Source: an uncultured Pseudomonadota bacterium (GTDB lineage: Bacteria > Pseudomonadota > Gammaproteobacteria > CAJXQU01). Taken from it: 64,000 nt of DNA. Shown piece by piece: positions 59,619-64,000 of the stretch (the first letter of the stretch is position 1; each line of letters starts with the position of its first letter). The translations under genes and the position numbers were made by a program. The DNA is taken from positions 169,352-233,351 of the forward strand of contig CAJXQU010000002.1 in assembly GCA_913058255.1 (NCBI GenBank). Reading direction: 5' to 3'. The notes under the pieces were generated by a model. It did not search any database. It had not been told where the DNA came from and saw only the letters and a list, made by a program, of their open reading frames with translations.

Positions 59619-60092
59619 TTACTCTCGCAGCCAATCGCCTGATTTACCGCCTGATTTTGCTAATACGCAAACACCTTCTATCGACATGCCACGATCAACG
59701 GCTTTACACATATCATAAATCGTTAGTAATGCGATTTGAGTTGCAGTTAAGGCTTCCATTTCCACGCCGGTTTTACCATCAGTTTCAACAACCGTCTGAC
59801 AGCGAACGGTATTATCGCTTACCGGTGTCAGATCAATTTGAATATGAGTGATCGATAACGGATGACAAAGCGGGATCAGCTCGGCTGTTTTTTTCGCCGC
59901 CATAATGCCTGCCACGCGAGCGATGCCTAAAACATCGCCTTTTTTATGGCTACCCTCAATGATGAGTTTCAAAGTTTCGGGCTGCATAACAATACGACCC
60001 TCGGTTTTTGCGACTCGATGAGTGATGTCTTTTTGGCCGACATCCACCATGTGTGCATCACCGGACTGATTAAAGTGAGTGAGTTTGCTCAT
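59619..60092 (-). CDS. moaC: Cyclic pyranopterin monophosphate synthase
   Basis: [20 protein letters not shown] and IYDMCKAVD. Confidence 0.97.
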   Translation of the reverse strand: MSKLTHFNQSGDAHMVDVGQKDITHRVAKTEGRIVMQPETLKLIIEGSHKKGDVLGIARVAGIMAAKKTAELIPLCHPLSITHIQIDLTPVSDNTVRCQTVVETDGKTGVEMEALTATQIALLTIYDMCKAVDRGMSIEGVCVLAKSGGKSGDWLRE

Positions 60093-60143
60093 AATGCGAT
60101 CAAGTATCCTTAAATCTTTAAACTTAGATTATAATTCAAAACC

Positions 60144-60377
60144 ATGACTATCACGGTAAAGTTTTTCGCCAGTTTAAGCGAGCAATTAGGTAAGAAAGAA
60201 ATTTCACTCAATGCACAAGATAATTTGACGTTAGAGAATGTTTGGAGCCAAGCGACGAATAATGCTGTCATGCCGACAAAATTATTAATGGCCATCAATA
60301 TGGAATACGCACAGCTAACGGATCCGGTTAATGATGGCGATGAAGTCGCATATTTCCCACCAGTAACAGGAGGTTAG
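60144..60377 (+). CDS. moaD: Molybdopterin synthase sulfur carrier
   Basis: C-terminal PPVTGG. Confidence 0.93.
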   Translation: MTITVKFFASLSEQLGKKEISLNAQDNLTLENVWSQATNNAVMPTKLLMAINMEYAQLTDPVNDGDEVAYFPPVTGG

Positions 60378-60379
60378 GT

Positions 60380-60811
60380 ATGAAAGTTACAGTTAGTTCT
60401 ATACCTTTTGATCCCTGGTCTATGCTCGAAGAGTATCAACAACAACTGCCTTCAGGTCAGTTTGGAGGCTCGAATATTTTTGTAGGCACGATGCGGGATT
60501 TTAATGTGGGAGATTCGGTTGCAGAAATGACCTTAGAGCATTATCCAGGTATGACCGAAAAACATTTAGAAAAAATATGCCTACAAGCCATTGATCGCTG
60601 GCAACTTGTCGGTGCATTAATCGTGCATAGAGTCGGATTATTATTACCTGACGATCCCATTGTACTGGTTGCGGCATGGTCAGCTCATCGCAAAGAAGCC
60701 TTTGAGGCCAGCCGTTTCATGATTGAAGATCTAAAACACTCGGCACCATTTTGGAAAAAAGAAAAAACGACTGGCGGTATACGTTGGGTGGAAAGCAACA
60801 CACCTTCCTGA
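60380..60811 (+). CDS. moaE: Molybdopterin synthase catalytic subunit
   Basis: LEHYPGMTE, HRVG, SAHRKEAF and APFWKKE. Confidence 0.95.
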   Translation: MKVTVSSIPFDPWSMLEEYQQQLPSGQFGGSNIFVGTMRDFNVGDSVAEMTLEHYPGMTEKHLEKICLQAIDRWQLVGALIVHRVGLLLPDDPIVLVAAWSAHRKEAFEASRFMIEDLKHSAPFWKKEKTTGGIRWVESNTPS

Positions 60812-60887
60812 GTAGAATAGCTAAATAGAAACAATAATATTTGTCTCAACTTTATCAGAAAGACTAAATCTAAGGTCAGCTAAATTT

Positions 60888-61622
60888 ATGAAAACACCTA
60901 TTTTACTTGGCGTAAATATCGATCATATAGCTACGTTAAGACAAGCCCGAGGTACTCGTTATCCTGATCCAGTTCAAGCAGCGCTTGATGCTGAACAAGC
61001 GGGTGCTGACGGTATCACTGTTCATCTAAGAGAAGACCGTCGTCATATTCAGGATCGTGACGTTGAAATTTTAAAAGATGTCTTACAAACGCGCATGAAT
61101 TTAGAGATGGCGGTGACGGAAGAGATGATCTCGATTGCAGAACGGATCAAACCTGCACATTGTTGTCTCGTTCCTGAAAAACGCGAGGAGTTAACAACAG
61201 AAGGTGGGCTTGATGTCGTTGGTCAGCGCGATAAGGTTAAAGCTGCTTGTGATCGTTTAGGTGCTGCGGGTATTGAAGTTTCTCTCTTTATCGATGCGGA
61301 TCAAAAACAAATAGAAACGTCAGCAGAAGTTGGCGCTCCAGCGATAGAAATTCATACGGGACATTTTGCAGAATATACCGAACAAAGCGATATAGCAGCA
61401 GAAATGCAACGTATCATTGGTGGTGTAGAGCAGGGCGTAAACGCTGGGCTAATCGTCAATGCTGGGCATGGTTTGCACTATCATAATGTCGAAGCCATTG
61501 CGGCTATTACTGAGATCAATGAATTAAATATTGGCCATGCTCTGATCGCAAGAGCCATGTTTACCGGCCTATCTGAAGCGGTTAAAGAAATGAAACGCAT
61601 TATGCGTGAGGCGAGATTGTGA
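60888..61622 (+). CDS. pdxJ: Pyridoxine 5'-phosphate synthase
   Basis: [24 protein letters not shown] and NIGH. Confidence 0.97.
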   Translation: MKTPILLGVNIDHIATLRQARGTRYPDPVQAALDAEQAGADGITVHLREDRRHIQDRDVEILKDVLQTRMNLEMAVTEEMISIAERIKPAHCCLVPEKREELTTEGGLDVVGQRDKVKAACDRLGAAGIEVSLFIDADQKQIETSAEVGAPAIEIHTGHFAEYTEQSDIAAEMQRIIGGVEQGVNAGLIVNAGHGLHYHNVEAIAAITEINELNIGHALIARAMFTGLSEAVKEMKRIMREARL

Positions 61623-62017
61623 TCTTTGGGGTCGGTGTAGATATCGTTCTACTGAGCCGGATCCAAGCCGCGATGGATCGGCATGGTGAAAGTTTTGCAA
61701 AAAAAATCCTTACAGATTCTGAGTTCGAATCTTATCTAGTTAATAATAAGCAGGTGAATTTTCTTGCTAAACGTTTTGCTGCCAAAGAAGCTTTTTCCAA
61801 AGCACTCGGGACGGGGTTCAGCGATGGACTCTCGTTGAAGCATATCCAACTTGGCCATACTGAACGGGGGCGTCCTAAGTTTACTTTTACGGATGTTGCG
61901 AAGCAGAAAATTGAGTATTTTAATATCTTGCATTCTCATCTGAGCTTGTCAGATGAACGTGAACATGTCATTGCTTTTGTAACCTTAGAAGGACATGTTC
62001 GCCATAGCGATATGTGA
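61619..62017 (+). CDS. acpS: Holo-ACP synthase
   Basis: [23 protein letters not shown]; follows pdxJ. Confidence 0.95.
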   Translation: MIFGVGVDIVLLSRIQAAMDRHGESFAKKILTDSEFESYLVNNKQVNFLAKRFAAKEAFSKALGTGFSDGLSLKHIQLGHTERGRPKFTFTDVAKQKIEYFNILHSHLSLSDEREHVIAFVTLEGHVRHSDM

Positions 62018-62043
62018 CTTTGATTCTAAAAGGAACGAATAGC

Positions 62044-63069
62044 TCATGCTGTTTGGGTCAAGGCTTCTTCTGCTGTGACACAGTTACGACCATTTTTCTT
62101 CGCCTGATAAAGCGCGGTATCTGCTCGTTCGATGAGGTCTTCGCCAGCTTCATCTGGGCGATACATAGCGACACCGATAGAAAGGGTGATACTGTCTATA
62201 AATTCTTTACTATCTGTACGGCGTAATTTTTGTTGTTGAATTATGTTTCTTAAATTTTCTGCGACGGTCATTGCTCCAGCAAAAGGTGTTTCCGGTAGGA
62301 TAATAGCGAACTCTTCTCCGCCAAAACGCGTTACCATATCTTGCCCTTTAAGGTGCTTTTGTAAGATTTGAGCAACAAACCTTAAGACTTTATCACCGAG
62401 TTGGTGTCCATAATTGTCATTGAACTTCTTGAAAAAATCGATATCAGCTATGAGTAAGCAGAATGGTGTTTTCTCTTTAATACAAAGAGAAAACCGACTC
62501 TCAAATGCTTGTCGATTTGGTATCCCCGTAAGAATATCCGTGTTTGCCGCCTTTCTAGCTTCATCAAGCTCTTTTTTAAGTGTGCTCAACTGTGTCGATG
62601 AGTTATTCAGTTTTTGAGTCAAATCTCTGTTAACCGTTTGCATAACATGAGTTTCTTGAGACAGGTTCTTTACAACATCATGTAAATGACCTGACCCTGA
62701 TTCCACCTCAAGCTCTTTATCAACAACATCAAGTACTTCATTATAGTGCATCACCTGATCACTTGAACTGACAAGTTGATCTGTCAACGCTTCCATAACC
62801 TTATTAACACCTTCATGTACCTGCATTGAGACGGCATCATGATTTTGTAAGTGTTTTTTGTATAAAGCGTGGCTCATCTCGGCACTAACAGAACCTTTAG
62901 CTTCAATAACTTGATTAATTGCTTTGGTTAAATTTGAATTTTGCCCACTGGCATAAGCATACCAAACAGTATAGTGTATTGGATTAGGGGGAATGCCATG
63001 CTTGTTCAGCAGAGGTAATGCTATGCGCAAGTACTCCGAAGCCTGTTCAACATTATCAGTGTAGTCCAT
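62044..63069 (-). CDS. Soluble diguanylate cyclase (GGEEF)
   Basis: DILTG, DIDFFKKFND, RFGGEEF and GRN, with an N-terminal helical domain (P.P..Y.VWY.Y). Confidence 0.93.
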   Translation of the reverse strand: MDYTDNVEQASEYLRIALPLLNKHGIPPNPIHYTVWYAYASGQNSNLTKAINQVIEAKGSVSAEMSHALYKKHLQNHDAVSMQVHEGVNKVMEALTDQLVSSSDQVMHYNEVLDVVDKELEVESGSGHLHDVVKNLSQETHVMQTVNRDLTQKLNNSSTQLSTLKKELDEARKAANTDILTGIPNRQAFESRFSLCIKEKTPFCLLIADIDFFKKFNDNYGHQLGDKVLRFVAQILQKHLKGQDMVTRFGGEEFAIILPETPFAGAMTVAENLRNIIQQQKLRRTDSKEFIDSITLSIGVAMYRPDEAGEDLIERADTALYQAKKNGRNCVTAEEALTQTA

Positions 63070-63141
63070 TTCGTATTTAATTCCTTAAACTAAGCTAACC
63101 TAGGTTTTATTTTGATGTAATTGATAGCAATCTGCCCTCCT

Positions 63142-63168
63142 ACAGCGGCAGAAATTAAAAACTCTTGA
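63142..63168 (-). promoter_or_regulatory. sigma28-like promoter for the diguanylate cyclase
   Basis: Minus strand TCAAG-N14-GCCGCTGT: good -35, partial -10. Confidence 0.5.
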
Positions 63169-63304
63169 GAGCAGAAAGCAATACGAATGAAAATTAGCGT
63201 TAAACCTAAATCATTGAAACGGATGACTACAGACGAAAGTTAATGGTTTTAAGCAATTCACATAGACAAAAACAGGACTTATGAAGTAGAATTTAACAAA
63301 TATT

Positions 63305-63341
63305 AAAAACGGGACTAACCAGTAGGCTAGATCCCGTTTTT
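63305..63341 (+). terminator. Terminator-like hairpin in the carA leader (possible attenuator)
   Basis: aaaaacggga..tcccgttttt with a T run, ~65 bp before carA, with no co-oriented gene upstream. Confidence 0.6.
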
Positions 63342-63407
63342 CTATATCTGAATCATGGATTTTTACTGATCTTTCACAGGTCACAGGCAGATTTTCGGAG
63401 TTATAAC

Positions 63408-64000
63408 TTGACCCAACAACCAGCTCTCCTTGTACTCGAAGACGGAAGTGAGTTCCAAGGAATTTCTATAGGAACATTAGGATCGACAGTGGGCGAAGTC
63501 GTATTTAATACGGCAATGACCGGATATCAGGAAATTCTAACGGATCCATCCTACTCACAGCAGATCGTAACACTAACCTATCCGCATATAGGCAACACAG
63601 GAACCAATTTAGGTGACGAGGAGTCATCTGCAGTGCATGCTAGCGGTTTAGTTATACGTGATCTGCCAATGATACACAGTAATTGGCGTGCTTCTATGTC
63701 CTTACCGGAATACCTGCAACAGCATAATGTTGTTGCAATTGCTGAGATAGATACACGCCGCTTGACCAGGATCTTGCGTGATAAGGGTTCTCAAAGGGGA
63801 TGTATTGTGGCTGGAGCAGCTAATATCAATGCTGCCGAAGCCTTAGTCGCAGCAAAAGCTTTTCCGGGATTGAAGGGAACAGACCTTGCGAAAAAAGTCA
63901 CTAGCAAAGCACCTTATGCTTGGACAGAAGGCGTTTGGAGCCAAGCGACTGATGAACATACAGTGCCCACTGAAACACCTAAATTTAAAGTCGTTGCTTA
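63408..64000 (+). CDS. carA: Carbamoyl-phosphate synthase small subunit (3' end outside window)
   Basis: Not in the ORF track. TTG start behind GGAG; reads [44 protein letters not shown]. Confidence 0.95.
   Translation, partial: MTQQPALLVLEDGSEFQGISIGTLGSTVGEVVFNTAMTGYQEILTDPSYSQQIVTLTYPHIGNTGTNLGDEESSAVHASGLVIRDLPMIHSNWRASMSLPEYLQQHNVVAIAEIDTRRLTRILRDKGSQRGCIVAGAANINAAEALVAAKAFPGLKGTDLAKKVTSKAPYAWTEGVWSQATDEHTVPTETPKFKVVA

Overview
Chromosomal window from a motile, AT-rich gammaproteobacterium; the taxonomy is inferred from gene content and order (guaBA-xseA, pyrC-rnt, hpt-mtiP, lolCD-tsaB, moaCDE, pdxJ-acpS, carA). The backbone is housekeeping. Accessory parts are a VTT-flavoprotein/DUF547/ArsM operon, a soluble PAS-PAS chemoreceptor, a lipoprotein-pilin fusion, a sigma54-driven VPLPA-CTERM protein and an RND efflux trio. 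A ~10 kb stress/detox island (45.3-55.4 kb) carries a LysR-GST cluster, a frameshifted IS30, IS3 and RAYT remnants, a MerR module and an SdpR-controlled DCC/SRPBCC/methyltransferase operon. The most striking unannotated signal is the ORF-free gap at 1839-2580. It appears to hold two tandem small RNAs on the minus strand: a GGA-hairpin (CsrA/RsmA-binding type) RNA behind a sigma28-like promoter, and a ~78 nt anti-Shine-Dalgarno RNA behind a sigma54 promoter with a FleQ-like upstream site. Three more sigma28-like promoters precede the chemoreceptor, a D-Ala-D-Ala peptidase and a diguanylate cyclase. All calls come from reading the sequence; no searches or folding programs were run.
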